A stretch of DNA of 43,255 nucleotides from an uncultured Ignavibacteriota bacterium (GTDB lineage Bacteria > Bacteroidota > Ignavibacteria > Tepidaquicellales > Tepidaquicellaceae): positions 1 through 43,255 of the forward strand of contig CAIUQV010000470.1 in the NCBI GenBank assembly GCA_903901375.1, written 5' to 3'. The notes beneath the pieces were generated by a model. That model made no database searches and was not told the DNA's origin. It saw only the letters and a list, made by a program, of their open reading frames with translations. The translations under genes and the position numbers were made by a program. This document shows positions 1-8,979 of this stretch, one piece after another; position 1 is the stretch's first letter, and the number at the start of each line of letters is the position of its first letter.

Positions 1-340
<340 letters not shown>

Positions 341-423
341 AAATCAAACTTATGATTTAACTACCGTTTAATCCTAATCGCACATTTTGTTTACTCTTTG
401 TGTTATTAACTTTGGGCTCGAAT

Positions 424-436
424 ATTTTAAAGAACA
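424..436 (-). promoter_or_regulatory. boxA-like antitermination element in the rRNA leader
   Basis: The minus strand reads TGTTCTTTAAAAT, a 10/13 match to E. coli rrn boxA TGCTCTTTAACAA. It lies ~25-30 nt downstream of the proposed P2 -10 element and ~90 nt upstream of 16S. Confidence 0.4.
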
Positions 437-462
437 ATTTTATTCATTTAAGAACATCTACA

Positions 463-491
463 AAGATAATGACTTTATTTTCAAAAGTCAA
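463..491 (-). promoter_or_regulatory. rRNA promoter P2 (proximal)
   Basis: The minus strand reads TTGACT-N17-TATCTT, followed by TG. This gives TATCTTTG, which fits the Bacteroidota-type TAnnTTTG -7 element. Confidence 0.55.
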
Positions 492-544
492 TACATTAAT
501 TAGGTTTTAATTAGAATTATGTAAGAATTTCTAAATGATTAACA

Positions 545-573
545 AATATAAGCAGTTTATTATTAATTGTCAA
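545..573 (-). promoter_or_regulatory. rRNA promoter P1 (distal)
   Basis: The minus strand reads TTGACA-N17-TATATT, followed by TG. This gives TATATTTG, which fits TAnnTTTG. It sits ~210 nt upstream of the 16S 5' end. Confidence 0.55.
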
Positions 574-982
574 CACAGTTATTAATACTTTTTCATTATT
601 AATCTTTCATGTGTCACTTTTTATTACACTAATTCTAAAAAAGTAGAATACATATTAACATACCAATTTAGTAAATATCTGCAAAACCCCTGTATTTAAA
701 GGCTTTTCAGCACATACCAATTTTATGCGTTTTCTATCTCTCAAATATATAAACAATTTGTTTCCTTTTAAAGATTCCATATTTATTTTTGATATGAAGA
801 AGATGAAAACAAAACTAGTAATCATTCCTGTAATAACCATAAATACTAAATTCGTAAAATAATTTAATTTCTAAATTATTGTACATAGATTAAAATTAAA
901 CTTGTATTGGTATGGTCTTAAATTGATTGGTCTCTGATTGGTTTTTATTTGGCCTCTGATTGTTCTCTAAACAGTCTCTTAG

Positions 983-1048
983 CAGTCTTAAACCAGTATC
1001 TAACCAGTCTTAAACCAGTATCTAACCAGTCTTAAACCAGTATCTAAT
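983..1048. repeat. 3 x 22-bp perfect or near-perfect tandem repeat (CAGTCTTAAACCAGTATCTAAC), equivalent to six AACCAGT cores at exactly 11-bp spacing
   Basis: Units were read directly at 983, 1005 and 1027. Degenerate related copies (GGTCTCTGATTGG, GGCCTCTGATTG, CAGTCTCTTAG) extend back to ~905. Confidence 0.9.
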
Positions 1049-1072
1049 CGGTCTCTAATACTAAATATATAA

Positions 1073-2092
1073 TCAGATTATCATATAGTCTTTATTCTCT
1101 ATTTCGGTCTTAAGCTTTCTTTTCATCAAATCAGTCATTGCCTTATTTGCAGATACATTCTTAAACAACATATCGTATACTTTGTGTGTAATAGGTAATT
1201 CTATTTTAAACTTTTTCGACAATTCAAAGGCTGATTTTGTTGTTGCAACACCCTCAGCTACCATCTTCATATCATTCAGTATTGTCTTTAGTTTCTCTCC
1301 CTTTCCAATACGTTCACCTACATACCTGTTTCTTGAATGTTTCGAAGAACAGGTTACAATTAAATCACCTATTCCTGCAAGCCCAAAAAACGTTTCTCTT
1401 TTTGCCCCAAGTAATATTCCAAGCCTCATAATTTCTCTCATTCCTCTTGTCATCAGCGCTGCCTTAGTATTATCGCCGTATCCTGCACCATCAGAAATAC
1501 CTGCGGCAATAGCTATTACATTCTTCAATGCACCCGCCAGCTCTGTACCTATCAAATCATTGTTTGAATAAACCCGAAAATAATTATTTGAAAATGCTGC
1601 TGAAAGCTTTTTAGCCAGATTTATATCACCGGCTGCACACGTAACAGTTGTTGGAATTTTCCTAGAAACTTCTTCTGCATGCGATGGTCCGGAAATACAG
1701 GCAAGTTTATTCTTTCTAACCCTGAATATGTCACTTAAAATATCCGATACAAGTAAATATGTATTATTCTCAATTCCTTTAGAGGCACTCATAATTACTT
1801 TATCACGCAAATCATACCCTTTAAAATCCTCAAAACTTTTTCTAATGTACTGAGTCGGTACAACAAATAAAAGTACTTCACTTTCACTTAATGCCAGCTT
1901 AGTATCGCTTGTGATTTTAATATTACCGGGAATCTTCACTTTAGGCAGATAATAAAAGTTTTCCCTGTATTCTTTTAACGTCTCTGCATACTCTTTGTTA
2001 TACTCCCAAAGCGTTGTTTTATGCCCGTTCTTTGATAATAAAATGGCGAGTGTTGTTCCCCACCCGCCAGCTCCTAATACTGATATTTTCAA
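1073..2092 (-). CDS. gpsA: NAD(P)H-dependent glycerol-3-phosphate dehydrogenase
   Basis: 339 aa. It has an N-terminal Rossmann motif (VLGAGGWGTTLA) and GpsA-family similarity along its whole length. Confidence 0.93.
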   Translation of the reverse strand: MKISVLGAGGWGTTLAILLSKNGHKTTLWEYNKEYAETLKEYRENFYYLPKVKIPGNIKITSDTKLALSESEVLLFVVPTQYIRKSFEDFKGYDLRDKVIMSASKGIENNTYLLVSDILSDIFRVRKNKLACISGPSHAEEVSRKIPTTVTCAAGDINLAKKLSAAFSNNYFRVYSNNDLIGTELAGALKNVIAIAAGISDGAGYGDNTKAALMTRGMREIMRLGILLGAKRETFFGLAGIGDLIVTCSSKHSRNRYVGERIGKGEKLKTILNDMKMVAEGVATTKSAFELSKKFKIELPITHKVYDMLFKNVSANKAMTDLMKRKLKTEIENKDYMII

Positions 2093-2101
2093 TTTTTTAT
2101 T

Positions 2102-2800
2102 CTATTTTTTTCCTAATGGTGCTTTTATATAAAAGAAACGTATCTTCCATAACTTTTCAAATCTGTTTTCATCGCCGTATAATAATCTCTTGATATTAGA
2201 CCTGTGATTATAAATCAGAAAAATAGATACTGCCATACTAAAAAATAATAAAGTTTTGTAGCCATCTATTTCTACTTTAAACAAATGCTCACGTACAAAC
2301 ATGGTTACAGGAAATATAAACGATGCTGCAATTGAACCAAGTGAAACATAACCCGAAGAAAGCAAAATCAGAACAAAGAATCCTGCACTTACCGATGCTT
2401 CTACAGGAGATAGTGAAATCAGCATGCCCAAAGCAGTGTTAATTCCCTTACCGCCTTTAAACCCTACGAATACTGAAAACGTATGCCCTATAACCGCTGA
2501 TACTCCGGCAATAATCTTGACAAGCGTAATATCATCAAATGGAGTAATGTTGCTGAATGGAAGATTATCAAACATTATGTTCGCTAAAACCATTACAACA
2601 AAAAGTCCTTTTCCAATATCTAATATCTGAACAAGAATACCATATGGAATACCTAAAGTTCTGAATGCATTCGTAGAACCAAGATTACCGCTGCCGTATT
2701 TACGGATGTCTTTTCCTTTAAAAATCTGCCCGATAATCAAAGCAAAAGGAATTGCTCCGACCAGATAACTCGATATTATAAGTAGTACTAGATATAACAT
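2102..2800 (-). CDS. plsY: Glycerol-3-phosphate acyltransferase PlsY
   Basis: 232-aa polytopic membrane protein with the PlsY signature GSGNLGSTNAFR. It sits immediately upstream of gpsA, a common pairing. Confidence 0.9.
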   Translation of the reverse strand: MLYLVLLIISSYLVGAIPFALIIGQIFKGKDIRKYGSGNLGSTNAFRTLGIPYGILVQILDIGKGLFVVMVLANIMFDNLPFSNITPFDDITLVKIIAGVSAVIGHTFSVFVGFKGGKGINTALGMLISLSPVEASVSAGFFVLILLSSGYVSLGSIAASFIFPVTMFVREHLFKVEIDGYKTLLFFSMAVSIFLIYNHRSNIKRLLYGDENRFEKLWKIRFFYIKAPLGKK

Positions 2801-2880
2801 TTATTAATTTAATATTCGTATTATAAAAGAATAAAATCAAAAATTAATTACAAGTCACTTTTTAACTCAGTTTAGAGTCT

Positions 2881-3801
2881 TTATTTTTGACCAAGCATTT
2901 CCTTCCTTGTTTTAACAAACGTCTTTACAAAATTGTCATCCACTTCAAAAATCTGATTTATTCCGGATACCTGCATTAAAAAGCGTTTTGCTTCAGGGTC
3001 ACCATATTTAATAAACTTAAATTCAGTTTCCTTGCCCCAGTTCACTTTAAGCGAATATTGTGCCTTTGAATCTGCAGAAACAGTAGTATCTTTGAAATTC
3101 TGTGTATTAAAGTTTTGCAGCATATTCATTACTCCGTCAAATGCAGCTGTTGAAACACTGTCCTTGCCAATATAACCTCTGCTTGTGGAATCTAATGTGA
3201 CTGTATACTTTTCATTCTCAGGCATAAAATCAATTGTTTTCACCGAACCTCTTGGAATCGAAACTACTGCTTTATCTCTCCATTCAGTAAAATCAAACTT
3301 TACAAAATTGTTATAAAGAAATTCTTCAGCAAGATATATCTTATCATTGTCCGCTTTCTTTATGTAAGTTTGGGATGCACCGGTTGATGCCTTGCCAATA
3401 AGTATTGTTCCGGCTAAAGTACCATTTTGATAAATGTTCAACTGCGTAACGTTTGTATCGTTAAAACCATAAAACCCTTTATTGCTTGGATTTTCTGATA
3501 CTATACTTGATACTTTGTAACTCTTCAGATTTGAAACCGCACTTGCAACGAATTGCTGATTTGCAGCATACAGTACAGGCGATGTAACATTCCATAAACT
3601 GCCTTTTCTCTCAAGAGTTATACTCTTACCGTTTCTTTTTAGCTCAAGCTTATCTATTGAAGCTGAGTCCACTGCAAAAAGTTTTTCTTCAAGTTTAAGC
3701 GTTTTCTTCTCACCCGAAGTATCGCGCATTACAAAATAAGCCGCTACTAAAAGCACAGCTAAAATTATTCCGTATGTGTATATGTTATTTTTCTTTTTCA
3801 T
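2881..3801 (-). CDS. DUF4340-family protein, N-terminal membrane anchor
   Basis: 306 aa with a single N-terminal TM segment. It resembles the DUF4340 proteins that usually follow GldG-type ABC accessory genes. Its start is 8 nt from the gldG-like stop. Confidence 0.65.
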   Translation of the reverse strand: MKKKNNIYTYGIILAVLLVAAYFVMRDTSGEKKTLKLEEKLFAVDSASIDKLELKRNGKSITLERKGSLWNVTSPVLYAANQQFVASAVSNLKSYKVSSIVSENPSNKGFYGFNDTNVTQLNIYQNGTLAGTILIGKASTGASQTYIKKADNDKIYLAEEFLYNNFVKFDFTEWRDKAVVSIPRGSVKTIDFMPENEKYTVTLDSTSRGYIGKDSVSTAAFDGVMNMLQNFNTQNFKDTTVSADSKAQYSLKVNWGKETEFKFIKYGDPEAKRFLMQVSGINQIFEVDDNFVKTFVKTRKEMLGQK

Positions 3802-3808
3802 ATCCAGA

Positions 3809-5422
3809 TTACTTTGATTGTAATAATTTCTTTTTAGATTTTCTTCTGTTCCAGATTATAAACCCTACCAGTAAAACAGATACCGGTGGGAAAATTAAAT
3901 TAAAATACTTTACAAATTTCTTCGTTGCATCTGTAACTTCCTCTATCGGCGCATCCGAAGTATCCTTACTTCTGATCTGTGCTAAACCTACATCATCTGA
4001 TAAATAATCAATCATGTTCACAAAAAATGTAATATTATCTTTAGGCGGCCTCTGCTCTTCATTCGCAAGATCTGCATCACCGATTAATACAATCTTCGAA
4101 GGTTTTTTCGATGCATTTATCTGTTCACCTAAAAAGTCTTTTACACCCTTTGCTGTATCTTTCGGTACGGGTTTCCCTGTGTAGAAACTGTTAAAACTGC
4201 CTTCATATACTGCTCCTACCACGAATGGTTTAGAGTTGAACAATGAATCAAATGCCGATTTCTTTAAATTCTGAAACTGCTCTATGTTAAGCAGGAAAAA
4301 TCCATCAGCCTTTCCTGACTTTTCAGATGTTGTAAGCAATGGTGTAACTTTTAATCCTTTTCCATTTGCTGCACTCAAATCGATTGAACTTACGAATGAT
4401 GTAACAACTGCATTGATATTTTTAAATGCTGATATTTCCCTGTTGATATTTGTTATACTCGGGAAATAAGGATAATTAATCGAAAGCGGAATTCCCATTT
4501 GCGATTGTACCTGCACCTGTGAGCACTGAGCATCTCTTATAAGGTCTCCGTTTAATACAAGACCGTAGCTCGAAAGCATATCATCCAGATTATTCTTAAC
4601 TATATCTCCTATTACAATCTGTTGCTGAAAATTAGGAATAACCTTGTTCAGTAAAAACGCTACGTTTCCGCCCTGCATTATGTACTGGTCTATAAGAAAT
4701 TTCTGCCATTCAGGAATTTCTGATTTAGGTCCGAAAACAACAAGTGTTGTCAGATCAGAGGGAATTACTCTCGTATTTACAACATCCACTTTTGTAACTT
4801 CATACTGTCCTGATAAAATATTGAAAATATTATTAAACTTTGTTACATCATATTCACCGTTACCTGTAAGGAATCCTATCTTCTTCTTCTTTTCAGTTGA
4901 AAGTTTCTTTATTGCACTCGTTAAATCATATTCAAGGTTTGCAGCTGTCTGTATCACTGGAAGAACTTCCTGTTTCCCCTGATAAAGTATTGCCATACCA
5001 AGGTATGTTTTTTTCACTTCCAGCTTGTCATTATCTATAACCTGAATCTGCACAGGTTGTATCCCGTACTTCTGAGCTTCCTTTTGCATATCTCCGTTTT
5101 CTTCTTCTCCAGTAGGATTAAATATCTCAAAATTCAGATTACCGTTTGAATAAGACCTGTAGTCGCTTAATATATCCTGCACATTCCTCCTGAGTGTATT
5201 ATAAGGAGCCGGCAGATTGTCACTGAAGAAAGCCTTTATAACAATCTTATCCTGAATATTCCCTACTATTTCCTTACTCACCGGAGATAATGTATACGAT
5301 TTATTTTTCGTTAAATCTACACGGGTAAATATTCTGCTTGCAATTATATTTACCGCAATAATTATTCCGATAATTATTGCTAATTTTATTAATGTGTCTT
5401 TTTTTAAATCTTTTCTGTTCAT
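3809..5422 (-). CDS. gldG: GldG-like ABC-transporter accessory protein (ABC-type uncharacterized transport system)
   Basis: 537 aa with N- and C-terminal TM anchors and a large extracytoplasmic domain. It has GldG-family similarity and an operonic position after gldA and gldF. Confidence 0.75.
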   Translation of the reverse strand: MNRKDLKKDTLIKLAIIIGIIIAVNIIASRIFTRVDLTKNKSYTLSPVSKEIVGNIQDKIVIKAFFSDNLPAPYNTLRRNVQDILSDYRSYSNGNLNFEIFNPTGEEENGDMQKEAQKYGIQPVQIQVIDNDKLEVKKTYLGMAILYQGKQEVLPVIQTAANLEYDLTSAIKKLSTEKKKKIGFLTGNGEYDVTKFNNIFNILSGQYEVTKVDVVNTRVIPSDLTTLVVFGPKSEIPEWQKFLIDQYIMQGGNVAFLLNKVIPNFQQQIVIGDIVKNNLDDMLSSYGLVLNGDLIRDAQCSQVQVQSQMGIPLSINYPYFPSITNINREISAFKNINAVVTSFVSSIDLSAANGKGLKVTPLLTTSEKSGKADGFFLLNIEQFQNLKKSAFDSLFNSKPFVVGAVYEGSFNSFYTGKPVPKDTAKGVKDFLGEQINASKKPSKIVLIGDADLANEEQRPPKDNITFFVNMIDYLSDDVGLAQIRSKDTSDAPIEEVTDATKKFVKYFNLIFPPVSVLLVGFIIWNRRKSKKKLLQSK

Positions 5423-5443
5423 TTCTTGTTTAAAATTTTATAA

Positions 5444-6151
5444 TTACCATTTACGGCTTTCTAATGACGTTTTTGTTAATAATAATAATATTGCAATCCC
5501 GCTGAAATAATACACTATGTCTTTTGTATCCAAAACACCCCTCGATATACTTCCAAAATGATAATCACTGCTGATGTATTCCAATGTTGATACCAGAGGT
5601 GTCGGCACAAACATTAAAATTTTATTAAGCATAAATAGTACAAAAATCATCAGGAAGCTGATGATAAATGCTACTACCTGGTTCTCCGTTAACGACGACG
5701 CCAAAAGCCCTACGCCGATATAAATACCTGACATCAGTATCAACCCTATGTATGCACTTATCACCGAACCCAAATCTAATGGTCCAAGAAATTTCAGACT
5801 GATTACATAAATCAGTGTCGGTGCCATTGTTAATACTGCCATCGTTAAAGTTGACAAAAACTTACCAAGAACTATATCGAAATCCGATAATGGTTTTGTT
5901 AAAAGAAGTTCTATCGTTCCTGATTTCTTTTCCTCCGAAAATGTTCTCATTGAAATCGCAGGGATAAAAAACAGCAGTATGAAAGGTACAATATCAAACA
6001 CACCTCTCATCGTTACTACTCCGCTTACAAAAAGACTGCTCGTAAAAAACCAACCTGTCAGTATTAAAAACACCACCATTATGATGTATGCAACAGGCGA
6101 AGTGAAATACGATTTTAATTCCTTTTTAAATATTGTTATACTGTTATTCAT
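5444..6151 (-). CDS. gldF: ABC-2 type transporter permease, GldF-like
   Basis: 235 aa with ~6 TM segments. It lies between the ATPase and the GldG-like gene. Confidence 0.75.
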   Translation of the reverse strand: MNNSITIFKKELKSYFTSPVAYIIMVVFLILTGWFFTSSLFVSGVVTMRGVFDIVPFILLFFIPAISMRTFSEEKKSGTIELLLTKPLSDFDIVLGKFLSTLTMAVLTMAPTLIYVISLKFLGPLDLGSVISAYIGLILMSGIYIGVGLLASSLTENQVVAFIISFLMIFVLFMLNKILMFVPTPLVSTLEYISSDYHFGSISRGVLDTKDIVYYFSGIAILLLLTKTSLESRKW

Positions 6152-6157
6152 TATAAT

Positions 6158-7099
6158 TTATGTTGTTAATTTTCTGAATATATCTTCAAGGGATGTTTCT
6201 TCCTGATGTAACTCAAGCAATACCATATCCATTGATACTATCTTTCTGAATATTTCTTCTCTTACATCAGTACCTTTTGTTGCAGAGATATCAAGCATCC
6301 ACGACTTATCCGTATCACCTGTAACTCTCACTTTGTCAATACTCTTAATAGACTGCAGTGCATCGATTATCTTCTCTCTTCCGAATCTAGCATCTTTCTT
6401 TAGGTATAACTTTATCGATAACTGTCCCTGGAAACTTCTCTGCAGTGAATCTGTTGTTCCGTCTGCTACAATTTCACCGTTATTAATAATAATAACCCTG
6501 TCGCAGGTTGCCTGAACTTCCTGAAGTATATGTGTAGACAGCATTAAAGTTTTATGCTTTCCAAGGTCTTTAATTAATTTTCTGATTTCAATTATCTGAT
6601 TTGGATCCAAACCCGAAGTAGGCTCATCCAGTAATAATACATCCGGATTGTGAATCATTGCCTGAGCTAGTCCAACCCTCTGTTTATAACCCTTCGAGAG
6701 TTCACCAATATCTTTATGTTTCACGTCATCAAGTCCGCATACTTTCACCATTTTCTTTACTGCTTCAGGTCTTTCTGCTTTTGGCACAGACTGAAGTTCT
6801 GCAGCATAGTTTAAATAATCGATAACATTCATATCATTGTATAACGGATTCTGTTCTGGCAAATAACCTATTTTCTTCCTTACCTGAATAGGTTCTTCCG
6901 TCGCATCTATTTCGTTAACTTTTATTACTCCGTCATTAGGTGTAAGATATGTTGTTATCATCTTCATCGTTGTCGATTTCCCTGCACCGTTTGGTCCAAG
7001 AAACCCCACAACTTCACCCGACTTTATTTCGAACGAAATATTTTTCACGGCTTGCTGAGCGCCGTAAAACTTACTTAGATTTTCTACTTTAATTGACAT
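6158..7099 (-). CDS. gldA: ABC transporter ATP-binding protein, GldA-like
   Basis: 313 aa with Walker A (GPNGAGKST), signature (LSKGYKQR) and Walker B (LLLDEP) motifs. Confidence 0.85.
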   Translation of the reverse strand: MSIKVENLSKFYGAQQAVKNISFEIKSGEVVGFLGPNGAGKSTTMKMITTYLTPNDGVIKVNEIDATEEPIQVRKKIGYLPEQNPLYNDMNVIDYLNYAAELQSVPKAERPEAVKKMVKVCGLDDVKHKDIGELSKGYKQRVGLAQAMIHNPDVLLLDEPTSGLDPNQIIEIRKLIKDLGKHKTLMLSTHILQEVQATCDRVIIINNGEIVADGTTDSLQRSFQGQLSIKLYLKKDARFGREKIIDALQSIKSIDKVRVTGDTDKSWMLDISATKGTDVREEIFRKIVSMDMVLLELHQEETSLEDIFRKLTT

Positions 7100-7156
7100 A
7101 TTTAATTTTTATTGACCGTAAATTTAATTTTCTTAATAATTTTTTTCAAACCAAAA

Positions 7157-8179
7157 TTACATTTTATTTGAATAGTTCTTCTCAAAATAATTCAGATACT
7201 CTCCCTTCATTATTCTTCTCCACCAGTTCTCATTCTCTACGTACCACTTAATCGTCTTCTCTATTCCGCCGTCAAACTGATACTTTGGTGCCCAGCCAAG
7301 TTCTTTCATAATCTTGCTCGAATCTATCGCATACCTTCTGTCGTGTCCGGGTCTGTCTTTTACGTACGTAATATGGTCTTCGCCTTTGCCAAGAATCTTC
7401 AATATTATCTTCACAATATCTATGTTGTACCATTCATTGTTGCCACCGATATTGTAAACCTCTCCAATCTTTCCTTTATGCAACACTTCACATATCGCCG
7501 AACAGTGGTCTTCCACGTATAGCCAGTCACGAACGTTCTTGCCGTCTCCATAAACAGGAAGTTTCTGTCCGTCAACTGCCTTTGCAATCATAAGTGGTAT
7601 TAGCTTCTCCGGAAACTGATATGGACCATAATTGTTCGAACATCTCGTAGTCAAAACCGGCATTTTAAAAGTATGGTAATATGCATTTACCAATAAATCA
7701 GCAGATGCCTTCGATGCTGAATAAGGACTGTTAGTCGTTATCGGAGTCTTCTCCGTAAATAACAGCTCAGGCTTATCCTCAGGAAGTGAACCGTAAACCT
7801 CATCAGTCGAAACCTGCAAATATTTTTCTATCCCGAGCTTCCTTGCGGCTTCAAGCAGCACCTGCGTTCCTATAACGTTCGTCACTATAAACTCTTTCGG
7901 TCCCAGTATACTTCTGTCAACGTGCGACTCTGCCGCAAAGTTTACAATCGTATCCACTTTGTTTTCAGTCAGCGCCTTCTCTACATCTTGCTCACTGCAA
8001 ATATCACCTTTGAAAAATGTGTAACGGGGATCTTTCTCTATGTCCGTTAGATTCTCAAGGTTTCCCGCATACGTCAGTTTGTCAAAATTGATTACATTGT
8101 AATCAAAATTCTGCAACAGATACTTCACAAAGTTACTGCCTATAAAACCGGCACCGCCGGTAACTAAAATATTTTTCAT
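7157..8179 (-). CDS. rfbB: dTDP-glucose 4,6-dehydratase
   Basis: 340-aa short-chain dehydrogenase fold with TGGAGFIGSN and YSASKASAD (YxxxK) motifs. It shows RfbB-family similarity end to end. Confidence 0.9.
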   Translation of the reverse strand: MKNILVTGGAGFIGSNFVKYLLQNFDYNVINFDKLTYAGNLENLTDIEKDPRYTFFKGDICSEQDVEKALTENKVDTIVNFAAESHVDRSILGPKEFIVTNVIGTQVLLEAARKLGIEKYLQVSTDEVYGSLPEDKPELLFTEKTPITTNSPYSASKASADLLVNAYYHTFKMPVLTTRCSNNYGPYQFPEKLIPLMIAKAVDGQKLPVYGDGKNVRDWLYVEDHCSAICEVLHKGKIGEVYNIGGNNEWYNIDIVKIILKILGKGEDHITYVKDRPGHDRRYAIDSSKIMKELGWAPKYQFDGGIEKTIKWYVENENWWRRIMKGEYLNYFEKNYSNKM

Positions 8180-8197
8180 TTATATCTAAAAATTTCT

Positions 8198-8914
8198 TTA
8201 ATCAACAAATAACCCGACAAACACTCCAAGCTTCACCATAAAGCCGTCCGCCTTAATGCCCGAAGGGAAATTATTCACTTCTATCAGTTCATCAAGTTTC
8301 CATTTGGAGTTTATTGTTAAAAGATATCCTGCATCAAGCTTAAAGTACAGGAATTTTGTAGCGTGCAATCCGATACCTGCCTGCGGCACTATCGAATATG
8401 ATGTGTTTTTAAACGTTAATGTATTGTGACCGCTTGAATTTGTATCAGTCAAATAATGGTTTATGTTCCATTCCTTATAAGAGTTCGCATAGTTCACAAG
8501 TTTCAAGTTTGTCGAACCAACTCCAAACATCCCGCCAAATGTATAATCAAATGTTTTCCCAAGTTTCTTCGTAAATTCTATCGATACTGCATTAGTTGAA
8601 AAAGAAAACTCTGCTAATTTCGAATTTGTGCTGTATGTAGAACTCGAATTTGTCGTAAATCCATAACCTGTATAACCAACTCTCAAACCTTTCACCACCG
8701 GTAAATCAAGAAATACCGAACCTCCCGTTGCAAATACTCCGCTTTTCGAAAATTCCGGTAGTCCTGCTTTGGTTAATTCTGCGTTCAAATCCGTCATTGA
8801 TGGAACATTCCAGCCGAATACAGGTCCCGCAGCTATCGAAAACTTATTAAACATCTGCGAATAAGAATTACTGTAAATCAGTACTAAGAACAGCACCACA
8901 ACCAACTTTTTCAT
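8198..8914 (-). CDS. Outer-membrane beta-barrel protein (uncharacterized)
   Basis: 238 aa with a signal peptide (MKKLVVVLFLVLIYSNSYSQ) and an alternating amphipathic beta-strand pattern rich in G, Y, T and S. No specific family was recognised. Confidence 0.55.
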   Translation of the reverse strand: MKKLVVVLFLVLIYSNSYSQMFNKFSIAAGPVFGWNVPSMTDLNAELTKAGLPEFSKSGVFATGGSVFLDLPVVKGLRVGYTGYGFTTNSSSTYSTNSKLAEFSFSTNAVSIEFTKKLGKTFDYTFGGMFGVGSTNLKLVNYANSYKEWNINHYLTDTNSSGHNTLTFKNTSYSIVPQAGIGLHATKFLYFKLDAGYLLTINSKWKLDELIEVNNFPSGIKADGFMVKLGVFVGLFVD

Positions 8915-8979
8915 CTGTTTATTATTAATTTTTGAGCTACAAACTACGCATTTTTGCCGTCTTTTAAAAGTCCATTTGA

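Noticed and set aside
655-840. 61-aa minus-strand ORF between gpsA and the rRNA promoters.
   Set aside because: It sits in very AT-rich intergenic DNA with no RBS or recognisable motif. It could be a small membrane peptide, but nothing in the sequence supports calling it.
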